This document shows, piece by piece, positions 8,944 through 18,701 of a DNA stretch of 64,000 nt; position 1 is the first letter of the stretch; every line of letters starts with the position of its first letter. This DNA comes from Candidatus Woesebacteria bacterium RIFCSPHIGHO2_01_FULL_39_32. Its GTDB lineage: Bacteria; Patescibacteriota; Microgenomatia; UBA8517. A program made the translations under genes and the position numbers. The stretch spans positions 6,091 through 70,090 of the forward strand of contig MGGJ01000012.1 in NCBI GenBank assembly GCA_001792345.1, read 5' to 3'. Under the pieces are notes generated by a model that saw nothing but the letters and a program-made list of their open reading frames with translations, had not been told where the DNA came from and ran no database searches.

Positions 8944-9486
8944 ATGAGTAGAAAGGACCTTATCAGATCAATCTTAGCAATAGTCGTTATCACTTTATTG
9001 GTAATGCCTCTGGTACTGACCTTTAACGAGATTCTTACAAAGGTCTTTGAGAAATTTACCCTCTATAATTTGCTTGAGAATTTCTGGGTTCCTATTCAAG
9101 TGCGTATCGTTGGTCTTGTGGTTAGATCATTTGATCTTAGTTATATTCCTATCAAGGGGGGAATGATAGTGAACGGTATTGAAATGAAAATGACTTGGAA
9201 TTGTTTGGGCTGGCAGTCCATTCTTCTTTTTTCGATATCGGCAATCCTTGGTTTGTCGGGTTCAAAAGCAACTTTCTTTTCGAAATTTCAAACTTTATTT
9301 CTTGGCCTATTTTTTCTATTTTGGTTGAATATTGCCAGGATAACGACAACTGTACTTTTGGCGGTTTACTCAATGCCTATATTTAGAATTGTATATCATG
9401 ATTTATTTGCAGCGATATTGACAATATTTTTTCTTATTTTCTTTTGGTGGTTTTCTTACTCTTTTCTTTTGACTGAAAAAATCTGA
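8944..9486 (+). CDS. Small polytopic membrane protein, candidate miniature exosortase/archaeosortase-family transpeptidase
   Basis: 180 aa with ~5 TM segments. Cys in TWNCLGWQS, an N-x-x-R motif (LNIARI) and a His (VYHD) recall the exosortase Cys/Arg motifs. It lies 2 nt downstream of a protein ending in a TM+polybasic tail. Confidence 0.45.
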   Translation: MSRKDLIRSILAIVVITLLVMPLVLTFNEILTKVFEKFTLYNLLENFWVPIQVRIVGLVVRSFDLSYIPIKGGMIVNGIEMKMTWNCLGWQSILLFSISAILGLSGSKATFFSKFQTLFLGLFFLFWLNIARITTTVLLAVYSMPIFRIVYHDLFAAILTIFFLIFFWWFSYSFLLTEKI

Positions 9487-9507
9487 TAAATATATAATGT
9501 TATAGAA

Positions 9508-10827
9508 ATGGATGCTGGAATTCCCAAAGAGTCAGAGACAATTGCTTCCAAAAGAAGCAAACGTCTGGCGGAGAAAATTGGACGATCAGGTGTATCAGGC
9601 GTGGTCTTTCGCAGCTGGAAGAACAACCGTTTTACCGAAACATTTGCCGTAGTGATTCTATTAATTGTTAACCTGTATAGTATTTATCCCTTTTTCGGAA
9701 CATCGGCATCAGATGCTTTTTTTTCTGGACCTGTGATTCCAATATTGGCAAAAGCATTTGTGATACTTAGTGGACATTCTTTCTCCAATTCTGTTCAGAT
9801 AATCAATATAGTTTTTTTCTTAGGTTTTCCTATTTCACTTTATCTTTTTATAAGAAGTATCACCGATAGGAAATTAATAAGTGTACTTGCCGTTTCTATT
9901 GCAAGTCTGACTACGTATCCTTTTGCCGAAACCAGAATTTCTACATCACTTTTGGGTGTTGATGCAGCCCATATTGCAAGCCTAACAATTATCCCAATAG
10001 CTTTAATAGGGCTTTTGAATTTTGTAAAGAGGGGGGGAGTGAACAATTTAATGATTGCAGTTGTTTTTGCGGCCTTAGTTGCACTTACTTCACCTTTCGG
10101 ATTTCTGACATATGCAATATTTGCAGGAATAATTTCTTTTTCTGAGCTGTTATTGGGTGGAGGGAGGCTAAAGCTCGCGAGATTTCTTACAATACTAATT
10201 GTATCTGGAGGTTTGACATCCTTTTGGTACAATCCTTCATTTTTCTTTTGGATGATTATTGGACCATTGGGGGAAAACATACGTTTTACAGTATCGAAAT
10301 TATTTCCGATTACTTTTTTTACACTGCCGCTACTTGGTGCTTTTGGCTACTTGATGTTTGACAGGAAACCAACACTTCAACCTCTTTTTATAGCAAGTTT
10401 TTTCAGCATAACCTATGCAATTATTTCTTTGGCGGGAGGTGGTATCTTTCCCTCGCATCCATCAAGGTATGTACCGGAATTCGGAGTATCAATGTCTTTA
10501 ATATTGAGTATCGTGATTGTTAAATTATCGGATTTTATTAAACTGGACGAACGGATCAGTTTAGCAAAGACGACCCGAAGTGTTTTTTCAAACACATTTT
10601 TGGTTCTTGTATTTTTTCTTTTGGGATTTTCTATCGTATCAGAGAGATCAAAATTTGAAATGGAAAAGAAAGACGTTCTTGGTGTTTGGGATGAAGTGGA
10701 GAAGGGGGAAATTTGGGAATCGAGAGAGAAATTCTCGGGAGGACATTCAGTTTGGGGATATAGTGTTACCGGATTGACTATTATTGGTTTAGGAGTTTTA
10801 GTCAGAAATTCTAAGAAGAGAATGTGA
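9508..10827 (+). CDS. Polytopic membrane protein (about 11 TM), putative GT-C-like glycosyltransferase
   Basis: Hydrophobicity pattern. The N-terminal region is similar to 2082..3890 (YPFFGTSASDAFFSGPVIP vs YLGVPFRYLTGPVVP). Confidence 0.55.
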   Translation: MDAGIPKESETIASKRSKRLAEKIGRSGVSGVVFRSWKNNRFTETFAVVILLIVNLYSIYPFFGTSASDAFFSGPVIPILAKAFVILSGHSFSNSVQIINIVFFLGFPISLYLFIRSITDRKLISVLAVSIASLTTYPFAETRISTSLLGVDAAHIASLTIIPIALIGLLNFVKRGGVNNLMIAVVFAALVALTSPFGFLTYAIFAGIISFSELLLGGGRLKLARFLTILIVSGGLTSFWYNPSFFFWMIIGPLGENIRFTVSKLFPITFFTLPLLGAFGYLMFDRKPTLQPLFIASFFSITYAIISLAGGGIFPSHPSRYVPEFGVSMSLILSIVIVKLSDFIKLDERISLAKTTRSVFSNTFLVLVFFLLGFSIVSERSKFEMEKKDVLGVWDEVEKGEIWESREKFSGGHSVWGYSVTGLTIIGLGVLVRNSKKRM

Positions 10828-10909
10828 AGTAATCTTGATATTATTAATTGCTTTTTTGTTTCTATCCTCGGATACTCAATAACCTTGGCAAGTATTTTGG
10901 GGTTGGGGA

Positions 10910-12088
10910 TTGTTACAGGGGTTCAAAAATCGGAACATAAGAATTATAATGTGGAAGGTAAAGAACGCAAATATGACTAGCGATTACAAAAAGCACCTGT
11001 ATGCATTAGTCTTGGCTGGTGGTCCTGGGAAAAGGCTGTGGCCGCTGTCAACAGAAAAGACTCCTAAGCAATTCTTGAGGCTTTTTGCCGGTAAAACACT
11101 CTTTGAATTGACAATTGACAGGGTTCGAAAATTATTGCCATGGAAGAGAATATATGTAGGCATAGTTGGCAATAAATATAAAGAAATAATTCTTGGTCTT
11201 TGCCCGAGGTTACCACCTGCTAACATCATTGTCGAGCCTGAAGGACGTGATAGCGGACCCGCACACGGTCTGGGAGCTTTGTATATACGAAAGAAAGACC
11301 CCGATGCAGTAATAGTTAATGCAGCAGCTGATCAAATAATTGACCCCGAGAAAAATTATCTTAAAGCTATGAGTGTCGCCGCTGAATATGCATATGGATC
11401 AAAGATGCTGATTGCTGTGGGAGTGGTACCTTCTTATGCTCATACCGGAGTTGGCTACATTCACAAAGGCAAAAAACTTTCAAGAATTAGTAAAACGGAT
11501 ATATTTAATATTGATAACTTTACTGAAAAGCCAAGGTCAAGAATCGCCAGAGATTATATTAACTCAGGGAAACATTTTTGGAATGCTAACAATTATGTCT
11601 GGAGAGCAGATGTATATCTATCTGCGCTTAGAAAACACGCAAAAAATATTTACAAATGGTTAGAACTAATTGACAGAGCACTAGGCACAAACAATGAAAA
11701 AACAGCTTTAAAAAAATATTTTCCGAAGGTGCCTAAAATTTCTATAGATTATGCAATATCTGAAAAGGCGAAAAATTTTGCCATGATTATCGGGGAGTAC
11801 TATTGGAGTGATGTTAGCAACTGGCAAGAGGTATGGAACAATCTAGAAAAAGATAAAGCAAAAAATGCCGTCTATTCATTTACACACCCGAAAAACTTAA
11901 CTATTCTTCTGTCTGCTAAGGATAATTTGGTTGTAAGCGCGGGAGTGGATGTTGTTGTAACCAAAGTAAAAGGATTGGTTATTGTTGCATCCCAAAAAGG
12001 AGTGTTGATTACCAAAAAGGAATATTCCCAGGATGTTAAGACTGCAGTCTCACTTTTGATGGATAAAAAAGCCACATTGGGAAATTGA
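10910..12088 (+). CDS. Sugar-1-phosphate nucleotidyltransferase, mannose-1-phosphate guanylyltransferase-like
   Basis: LVLAGGPGKRLWPLS (the GGxGxRLxPLS motif of ManC/CpsB-type NTP transferases). The true start is probably the internal Met near 10976. Confidence 0.75.
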   Translation: MLQGFKNRNIRIIMWKVKNANMTSDYKKHLYALVLAGGPGKRLWPLSTEKTPKQFLRLFAGKTLFELTIDRVRKLLPWKRIYVGIVGNKYKEIILGLCPRLPPANIIVEPEGRDSGPAHGLGALYIRKKDPDAVIVNAAADQIIDPEKNYLKAMSVAAEYAYGSKMLIAVGVVPSYAHTGVGYIHKGKKLSRISKTDIFNIDNFTEKPRSRIARDYINSGKHFWNANNYVWRADVYLSALRKHAKNIYKWLELIDRALGTNNEKTALKKYFPKVPKISIDYAISEKAKNFAMIIGEYYWSDVSNWQEVWNNLEKDKAKNAVYSFTHPKNLTILLSAKDNLVVSAGVDVVVTKVKGLVIVASQKGVLITKKEYSQDVKTAVSLLMDKKATLGN

Positions 12089-12133
12089 CGATATGCTATA
12101 GTTAATTTTCAATACGAAGGCAATTCACGAAAT

Positions 12134-13003
12134 ATGAAGAATTTTAAAAAAGTTTCTGCACCCGTGCGAGTTGATATATCAGCATGTTGGCCTGATTGTG
12201 ATCCTTATAGGCAGGATTATGGAGGATTTTTACTAAACGCAGCCATCAAACAGCGAGTTTATACCAGGAGGCTAAATGGCGACTTTGTTTGTTCAGTGAG
12301 GGAAGTTCCTACAAATAGTGGACTTGGAGTGTCTGCTGCGATAAGAACTACCTTTATGATTGCGTCTAATCCTGCAATTTTAGACAAGTTCTCACTCACC
12401 GACAAGATATTTAAAGTTTATACATTTGAGAATCAAGTTCTCCATCATCGAGCGGGTTTGCAGGATCAGGCAGCCGCTTTGGAAGGAGGAGTTAACCTTT
12501 GGGAGTTCAGAAAAGATAACAAGGTTAATAAATATCCGATAGAGCGAAAACGGACTAAACATTTAGAAAAAAGACTGGTTATTATTTATACAGGGCAAAA
12601 ACATGAATCTGTAGATATGCATAACATTGTCTTTTCACCTAAAAACTATAAAAAAATTATTCCTGCAATAAAGCAAATGAGCAAAGTGGCAAAGCTAATG
12701 GCAGGGCAAATTGATAATCAGGTTGCGATGACTGATTTGATAAATGAATCCAGAGAATTGCATAGAAAACCGTTTTCGGGTGTTGTAACAAACACAATGA
12801 AAGTACTGGCAAGTAGACTAAAGGGAGGTTACTTAGCATGGAAAGCAACGGGTGCTGGTGGTGGCGGGAGCATGCTTTTCTATACTCCTGACACAAAAGC
12901 CTTGATAAAGTTTTTTAATAAGATTCGAAGGCAAAAAAATCTTCCAAAAGAGTCCAAAATATTTCCTGTTAAGTTCGACTACAAAGGACTTATTGTTAAA
13001 TAG
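12134..13003 (+). CDS. GHMP-family sugar kinase
   Basis: GHMP motif 2 PTNSGLGVSAAI and motif 3 KATGAGGGGSMLFY. It is adjacent to the nucleotidyltransferase, suggesting a kinase-plus-pyrophosphorylase NDP-sugar salvage pair. Confidence 0.65.
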   Translation: MKNFKKVSAPVRVDISACWPDCDPYRQDYGGFLLNAAIKQRVYTRRLNGDFVCSVREVPTNSGLGVSAAIRTTFMIASNPAILDKFSLTDKIFKVYTFENQVLHHRAGLQDQAAALEGGVNLWEFRKDNKVNKYPIERKRTKHLEKRLVIIYTGQKHESVDMHNIVFSPKNYKKIIPAIKQMSKVAKLMAGQIDNQVAMTDLINESRELHRKPFSGVVTNTMKVLASRLKGGYLAWKATGAGGGGSMLFYTPDTKALIKFFNKIRRQKNLPKESKIFPVKFDYKGLIVK

Positions 13004-13103
13004 GCTTTAACTTAAAGTACTTGGCGATTAATAATTACCACTTATCTAATTTTAATTCATATTGCAAATACAAATGGTTTAGAATAGAGTAGTTGGCGAA
13101 AAG

Positions 13104-14363
13104 ATGAAATCTAAAAATCAAAAACCAAAGATAGGGTTTTTCCATTGCTCTTTTGTTTACTCTGGAGGAGGAGAAAGGATTGCATTGGAGGGAGTGTTGG
13201 GGCTTCGTAAACGAGGGTATGAAGTAGATTTATATGCTCCAGCTATTGATTGGGAAAAGTGTTACCCATCGCTATTAAAAAAAGCCAGGCCAAGACCAAT
13301 TCTTTTTTCCTTTCCTCGCTTCATTCCCTTTAGTGATGCAATGGATATGGGTTTTTCTTCGTTTCTTGCTCCACTTCTTTTTTCTAAGTTTAGAAGATAT
13401 GATGTTTTTATTGGTGAAAATCAACCAGGAGTTTGGCTTGCTTGGGTATATGCGAAACTTCTAAGAAAGCCTTATGTGATTTATTTGAATCAGCCAAACA
13501 GGATGATATACCCGCGTTCAATTGATGTAAGTACTGGTTGGAGGGCTAATAAAAATTTTGTACTTTTGCAAAAGCTTATACGCCCAGTCAAACCCCTAGT
13601 TTGGTATCTTGATAAGGTGTCGACTAGAGAAGCTAATTTTCTGACAGTCAACGGTAATTACATTGGGAACGTAATTTCAACAATTTACGGCAAAGAGTTT
13701 TTAGAGTGTCCAGCTGGATGCGATCCTTTTCCTCACGGAAAGTTAAGGTTAAGTAAGGATAAATACTATAAAGGAATTATCAAAGTAAATGGGCATACTA
13801 TCGAAAAGCCATATATTCTCCTTACTAATCGTCATTACCTTCAAAAGCGTTTCGACTATGCGATTTCGGCAATGCCTTATGTCTTAAAGAAATTTCCTAA
13901 AGTAAAGCTTGTAATAACAGGTGCATTTACGGATGTGACTTCCCAGTGGCAAAACTTGGCCAAAAAGTTAAAAGTAGAAGGAAATGTTATCTGGCTTGGG
14001 GAGGTAGATGATAAGTACATGGGAGAGCTTTACGAAAATGCTGCAGTTTATGTTTATACCGCTCCGAATGAGGACTATGGAATGGGAGTTGTGGAGGCAG
14101 AAGAATTTGGTGTACCGGTAGTGGCTTGGAAGAGGGGTGGACCAACAGTAACGATTGAAGATAAAGAAACAGGTTTCCTAGCAAAACCTTACGAGGTTAA
14201 AGATTATGCAGATAAAATCATTTGGCTTCTTGAGAATCAGGAAAAAAGGATTGAGATGGGAAAAGCTGCGCATGAGCATGTCCAGAAAAACTTCACCTGG
14301 AAGCACCATATAGATGTATTGGAAGGTGCAATACTTGATGCTCTCGCAGACAAAAGGCTTTGA
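13104..14363 (+). CDS. Glycosyltransferase family 4 (GT-B, retaining)
   Basis: N-terminus FHCSFVYSGGGERIALE. C-terminal E-X7-E region YTAPNEDYGMGVVEAEEFGVPVVAW. Paralog of 33797..35044. Confidence 0.8.
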   Translation: MKSKNQKPKIGFFHCSFVYSGGGERIALEGVLGLRKRGYEVDLYAPAIDWEKCYPSLLKKARPRPILFSFPRFIPFSDAMDMGFSSFLAPLLFSKFRRYDVFIGENQPGVWLAWVYAKLLRKPYVIYLNQPNRMIYPRSIDVSTGWRANKNFVLLQKLIRPVKPLVWYLDKVSTREANFLTVNGNYIGNVISTIYGKEFLECPAGCDPFPHGKLRLSKDKYYKGIIKVNGHTIEKPYILLTNRHYLQKRFDYAISAMPYVLKKFPKVKLVITGAFTDVTSQWQNLAKKLKVEGNVIWLGEVDDKYMGELYENAAVYVYTAPNEDYGMGVVEAEEFGVPVVAWKRGGPTVTIEDKETGFLAKPYEVKDYADKIIWLLENQEKRIEMGKAAHEHVQKNFTWKHHIDVLEGAILDALADKRL

Positions 14364-14379
14364 AGCAATTATATTTGCA

Positions 14380-15087
14380 ATGTACCGCTCACAAATCAAT
14401 CACACTATAAAAGACGCAATTAAGTTTTTTGAAAGTAGGAATTTTCCACTTCCGCCGTTTGCATACTGGACAATCTCTGATTGGAAAAAAGAAAAAAGAT
14501 CCTGTCAGGAAATTTTTACTGCAAGACTAGGTTGGGATGTAACTGATTTCGGGTCAGGGGACTTTGAGAAAACAGGCAGGATAATTTTTACTTTAAGAAA
14601 CGGCAAAAAGGGATCAAGTGAATATCCCAAACCCTATGCCCAGAAATTAATGTACTTAAAAGAGGAGCAAAAATCAGCAATTCATTATCACCGGATTAAG
14701 ATGGAAGATGCAATTAATGTAGGAGGAGGAATAATTATATATCGCTTTTGGAAGCAAGATCGAAACGCTCATCTTTCTGGCGCTAAATTGACAGTTTCTG
14801 TCGACGGATGCAAAGTAACCTTAAAGGCCGGACAGAGATTATCTTTAGCTCCCGGGGAATCGGTATGTACCGTGCCCGGAATGTATCATCAATTTTATGC
14901 AAAAAAAGGATCGGGACCTGTGATGTCAATGGAGGTATCGGGTGTTTGCGATGACGAGAATGATAATTTCTGGCTAGAAAAGGCTAGTCGATTTCCGGAA
15001 ATTATAGAAGACGAACCAAGGCAGTTTTATCTCTGCAGCGAATACAATAAATTATTTGGCTTTTGGAGAATAAAGAAAAAAGAGTAG
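14380..15087 (+). CDS. Cupin-fold sugar (phospho)isomerase, D-lyxose/mannose isomerase-like
   Basis: Cupin motifs HYHRIKMEDAINVGGG and PGESVCTVPGMYHQF. The ORF track begins at 14314, overlapping the upstream GT4. The first Met after the GT4 stop is at 14380. Confidence 0.5.
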   Translation: MYRSQINHTIKDAIKFFESRNFPLPPFAYWTISDWKKEKRSCQEIFTARLGWDVTDFGSGDFEKTGRIIFTLRNGKKGSSEYPKPYAQKLMYLKEEQKSAIHYHRIKMEDAINVGGGIIIYRFWKQDRNAHLSGAKLTVSVDGCKVTLKAGQRLSLAPGESVCTVPGMYHQFYAKKGSGPVMSMEVSGVCDDENDNFWLEKASRFPEIIEDEPRQFYLCSEYNKLFGFWRIKKKE

Positions 15088-15197
15088 AGATGGGGGAGAA
15101 AGCTCACGAATTTGCTCAAGATAACTTCAGCTGGAAACATCACGTGGATGTACTTGAAAAAGCAATGTTGAATGCTATAGAAGGTAAAAGATTATAA
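15088..15197 (+). pseudogene. Orphan 3' relic (36 codons) of a GT4 gene
   Basis: Translates to EMGEKAHEFAQDNFSWKHHVDVLEKAMLNAIEGKRL*, clearly homologous to the C-terminus of 13104..14363 (EMGKAAHEHVQKNFTWKHHIDVLEGAILDALADKRL*). No upstream ORF body. Confidence 0.45.
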
Positions 15198-15737
15198 TAC
15201 TTCATTTAAGGCAAGAGGCAAACTTTTCAGATATTTAAAAGCCGCTTTCATTGATATTCCGGTCTGATATCCAGTTTTTTTGGGAGACGGTATTTCTTTT
15301 TCCGAAATCCATATGAAATTACTTGCCTGCTTTTTTGGTTTTGGAGTACCTGTTAATTTAATGAGATAGATTGGGGTAAGTGCATCTTTTGTGGGGTCAT
15401 ATCCATGACTATTATCCACTGCTTTTTCACTATGATAATAGCGCTGTAAAAAAAAGGGATGGAACTCGTCACAGGCTATAAACTCAAATGAAGTTAGACC
15501 AAGATCGTCTTCCAGATGACGCTTCATAGCTTGGATTATTGTTTCACCCTTTCTTACTATTCCGCCTACAATTGCATACTTGTCTTTTTCAGGTCCTGTT
15601 TTCCTAATAACTATTCCAATCTCATATTTTTTTGCAACTTTTCTAACAGCGATCATATCAACGCAAGGTAAAGGGATATTCTCCACAATTATTTTGAATA
15701 TGTCATCTTTTATATACTTGCTCTTAAGGACCGGCAT
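15192..15737 (-). CDS. Nudix-family hydrolase (degenerate Nudix box), possibly NDP-sugar hydrolase
   Basis: GGIVRKGETIIQAMKRHLEDDLGL approximates G-x5-E-x7-R-E-U-x-E-E-x-G-U, with the second Glu replaced by His and the third and fourth by Asp. Confidence 0.5.
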   Translation of the reverse strand: MPVLKSKYIKDDIFKIIVENIPLPCVDMIAVRKVAKKYEIGIVIRKTGPEKDKYAIVGGIVRKGETIIQAMKRHLEDDLGLTSFEFIACDEFHPFFLQRYYHSEKAVDNSHGYDPTKDALTPIYLIKLTGTPKPKKQASNFIWISEKEIPSPKKTGYQTGISMKAAFKYLKSLPLALNEVL

Positions 15738-15880
15738 AGGTTATGTATAAATGTAACATTCATATTTCAGTCAGTAAATAATCAGGTAAAAATTAGTGAA
15801 ATTCTATCTTGGTATACAATCCAGTCAAGATTACTTAGAGTCAATTACTTATATATGAAATTTTTGATATAGTTTATTGT

Positions 15881-17569
15881 ATGCTTGGAAAAATTTTTGA
15901 CAGGGTACTGCAGGAAGATGAGGAGTATGAAATGCACAGGGTCGAAAAGGAGGCTGGACCTAAAAAGGATCGTAGCAGTACTAATTCTATATTGTGGATA
16001 TATACAATACCGGTTATAGTTTTTCTTCTGGCTCTCTTGCCGAGGCTTGTATATCTATTTTACTTCACGGACCCATTTAAAGTTGGGCCAAACTGGTATG
16101 GAGACGTCTATCACCATTGGCAGATCGCGATTTTGTCCAAAGACGTTGGCTTCAAGCAAGGTTTTTTAAGGCTTTGGGATTTTAAAGGACTGGAGTACTA
16201 CTGGGGTTTACTCCACCCGCTTGTTGTAATAATTGGTTTTGTGATTTCGGGTTCGACGAGCATTCTTGTTCCCCGGATGATATCGGTACTTTTTGGGTCA
16301 CTATCTGTCGTTTTAGTTTACTTAATCATTTACAGACATTTTAATATCTACTCGGCTATTTTATCGGCCGCTTTTGCCTCGCTTTTGCCGGTAAGTCTAT
16401 TTTCGGACACTTTAGGAATGCAAGAACCTTTGGGATTTTTTTTCCTTCTTTTGGGAATATACATATGGCCTAAATATGCATTTTGGACTGGATTTGTCTG
16501 GATGCTTGCGGGGATGGAGCGAAGTGAATACTGGCTTTTCGGTATCGGTTTGGTAATCTCAGTTTTGCTCAAGGGAAAGAACTCGCAGGCAAAAATATTT
16601 TTAGTTGTTGGCTATATTATTCCTTTTGTACTTTATATGAAATATCTACTTGATTATACTGGTAATCCAATATATCCCATTTATCACAATTTTTTAGCTA
16701 CAGTGGTTGGAAAATGGTTCATCAAAGAAGGAGTAATATTATCGACTAAGGTACAACTAATAAAAACAATCTCTCAAATAATATCAGTAGCGTCGATTGT
16801 AAGCGGTTTGGCGATACTCTTAAAAAGACCAAGGGGTTATTTATTTTTCTTAGTTGGTTTGGCAAGTATATCACACTTATCTTTTGTCTTCGGATTTGGC
16901 TCCTACCTTTATGGATATCCAGAAGATGGCATCGTGACCGTTATCGATCGAAATTTTGTAGATAGGTTGGTGGTGTGGCCGTACATATTTATAGCAAGTA
17001 TGTTATCGATTTTACTTCTTTATTTCTTGCCTAGATTTCTTCCCAAAGTACTCAGACGCGCAGTGATGGTCTTGGGCTCTTTGGTTTTGGCGGTTCTACT
17101 ACTACTTTCTCAAATCTCGTGGTTATCCATAAATTATCATTACTCCCGAGCGATGGGTCCGCTTGAAGGCGACGAAGTATTTGCCGGTACAATTGCAAAA
17201 CATTATAAAGGACAGGGTAATATCCTTCTCCCCGAGGGTCGAGCAACTCTGACATACTACTTAATTGACAAGGAAAAAATACCAGCTGAGCGTTTGATTT
17301 CTCAGCTTTACAACCCCTTTTATTACTATGAAGGGGGAGACGATCCTTTTCAAAACTGGGGTGAATTTAGACTTGAGATTTTCAAATGGCTTATTAAAAC
17401 TGACGCAGAACTGGCAGTTTTGACAGGTAATTTTGCTCCGTCAGAGAATTCCGACAATTTCGTAAAAGCAGTTCTAAGGGAGGAGAAATACTTTGAATTA
17501 CTGGAAGACAATAGAGGTACCAGAGTATATAGGGTGAAGTTAGATGAGATCGAACAAATTGTTAATTAA
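15881..17569 (+). CDS. Polytopic membrane protein (about 12 TM) with C-terminal soluble domain; putative GT-C-like glycosyltransferase
   Basis: Hydrophobicity pattern only. No specific motif recognised. Confidence 0.55.
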   Translation: MLGKIFDRVLQEDEEYEMHRVEKEAGPKKDRSSTNSILWIYTIPVIVFLLALLPRLVYLFYFTDPFKVGPNWYGDVYHHWQIAILSKDVGFKQGFLRLWDFKGLEYYWGLLHPLVVIIGFVISGSTSILVPRMISVLFGSLSVVLVYLIIYRHFNIYSAILSAAFASLLPVSLFSDTLGMQEPLGFFFLLLGIYIWPKYAFWTGFVWMLAGMERSEYWLFGIGLVISVLLKGKNSQAKIFLVVGYIIPFVLYMKYLLDYTGNPIYPIYHNFLATVVGKWFIKEGVILSTKVQLIKTISQIISVASIVSGLAILLKRPRGYLFFLVGLASISHLSFVFGFGSYLYGYPEDGIVTVIDRNFVDRLVVWPYIFIASMLSILLLYFLPRFLPKVLRRAVMVLGSLVLAVLLLLSQISWLSINYHYSRAMGPLEGDEVFAGTIAKHYKGQGNILLPEGRATLTYYLIDKEKIPAERLISQLYNPFYYYEGGDDPFQNWGEFRLEIFKWLIKTDAELAVLTGNFAPSENSDNFVKAVLREEKYFELLEDNRGTRVYRVKLDEIEQIVN

Positions 17570-18701
17570 ATTTTCGGTTATATTTATAGGCGCGTTCTTG
17601 GGTCTTTTTATTTTAGAAGTATCTTTGCATTTTTACACAATAAAAGACCTCTGGGGGTTATCGAGAATCGCCATGGGTGAGCGTTTGACAGATTGCCAGG
17701 TTAAAGATGCACGACTTCATCATAAATTGATACGGAGCTGTGTTGGAGTTCTAAAGGCAAAAGAGTACGAGACAGAAATTGCAACAAACAGTTTCGGATT
17801 TCGGGACGACGATATACGTGCCAAAGACAGCAAAATTTTCCGTGTACTTATCGTGGGTGACTCGTTTGCCGAAGGCTGGGGTGTTGAGATAACAGAGAGG
17901 TTTGACACGATTGCCGAAAAGATTCTGGATGACGCCATGGGAGGGGATAAAGTTGACATAATCAACACCGGTACCAGGAGCTACTCCCCAATTCTGGAAC
18001 TGGAATTTTTAAAAGAAAATGTCGGCAAGTTAAAACCGGATCTTGTCATTGCCTTTTTTGATCTTTCTGATTTACACGACGACTACTATTACGGAGGTTG
18101 GAAGAGATATTTTAGAATGAAAGAAGATTTGGGTTTCGGTACGGATACTTTTGTCGAAGTTTGGCCACCTCCCGAACCACCGCTGACTACATTTTTGCTA
18201 AAATCCAGATTATTTCAGGTTGTGCATTCAGAAGTAGGTACCGAAATACTAAATAGGAGAAAGAAATTGACGAGAACCAATTTATCCTGGGATATAAGCC
18301 TATTTGCGAAAGCAAATGATTGGGAAAATTTCGATAAGTCTTGGAACTTAAATATCGCTAACTTGAATTTAATAGGAGATTTTCTTAAGACAAAAAGTAT
18401 CGACTATGCCGTTACTGTAGTTCCTCGGGGCAACTACATTGACGCCAAAGAATGGGATAGCGGGAGAGAAGCACTTGGGATTGAGAGACAAAAGTTATAT
18501 GAACCAAGACCGATCGACACCATAATGGAAGAATTGGGTAAAAGTGGTATTGCTACACTAGAGCTTTATAACCCCTTACGCCAAAGTAATGTTTTTCCGC
18601 TTTATTATCCCTTTGATGGCCATTGGACTATCGATGGGCATAAAATTGTAGGCGATGAACTTGCCCGGTTTTTAGCCAACAAAATTGACGGCAATGACTA
18701 A
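17544..18701 (+). CDS. Membrane-anchored SGNH/GDSL-family hydrolase or O-acyltransferase (AlgX/AlgJ-like)
   Basis: N-terminal TM. GDS motif RVLIVGDSFAEGWG. Distal DGHW block. Confidence 0.6.
   Translation: MRSNKLLIKFSVIFIGAFLGLFILEVSLHFYTIKDLWGLSRIAMGERLTDCQVKDARLHHKLIRSCVGVLKAKEYETEIATNSFGFRDDDIRAKDSKIFRVLIVGDSFAEGWGVEITERFDTIAEKILDDAMGGDKVDIINTGTRSYSPILELEFLKENVGKLKPDLVIAFFDLSDLHDDYYYGGWKRYFRMKEDLGFGTDTFVEVWPPPEPPLTTFLLKSRLFQVVHSEVGTEILNRRKKLTRTNLSWDISLFAKANDWENFDKSWNLNIANLNLIGDFLKTKSIDYAVTVVPRGNYIDAKEWDSGREALGIERQKLYEPRPIDTIMEELGKSGIATLELYNPLRQSNVFPLYYPFDGHWTIDGHKIVGDELARFLANKIDGND

Noticed and set aside
9152-9386. ORFs 9152..9373(-) and 9195..9386(+)
   Set aside because: Embedded in or antisense to the 180-aa membrane-protein gene. 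Likely spurious.
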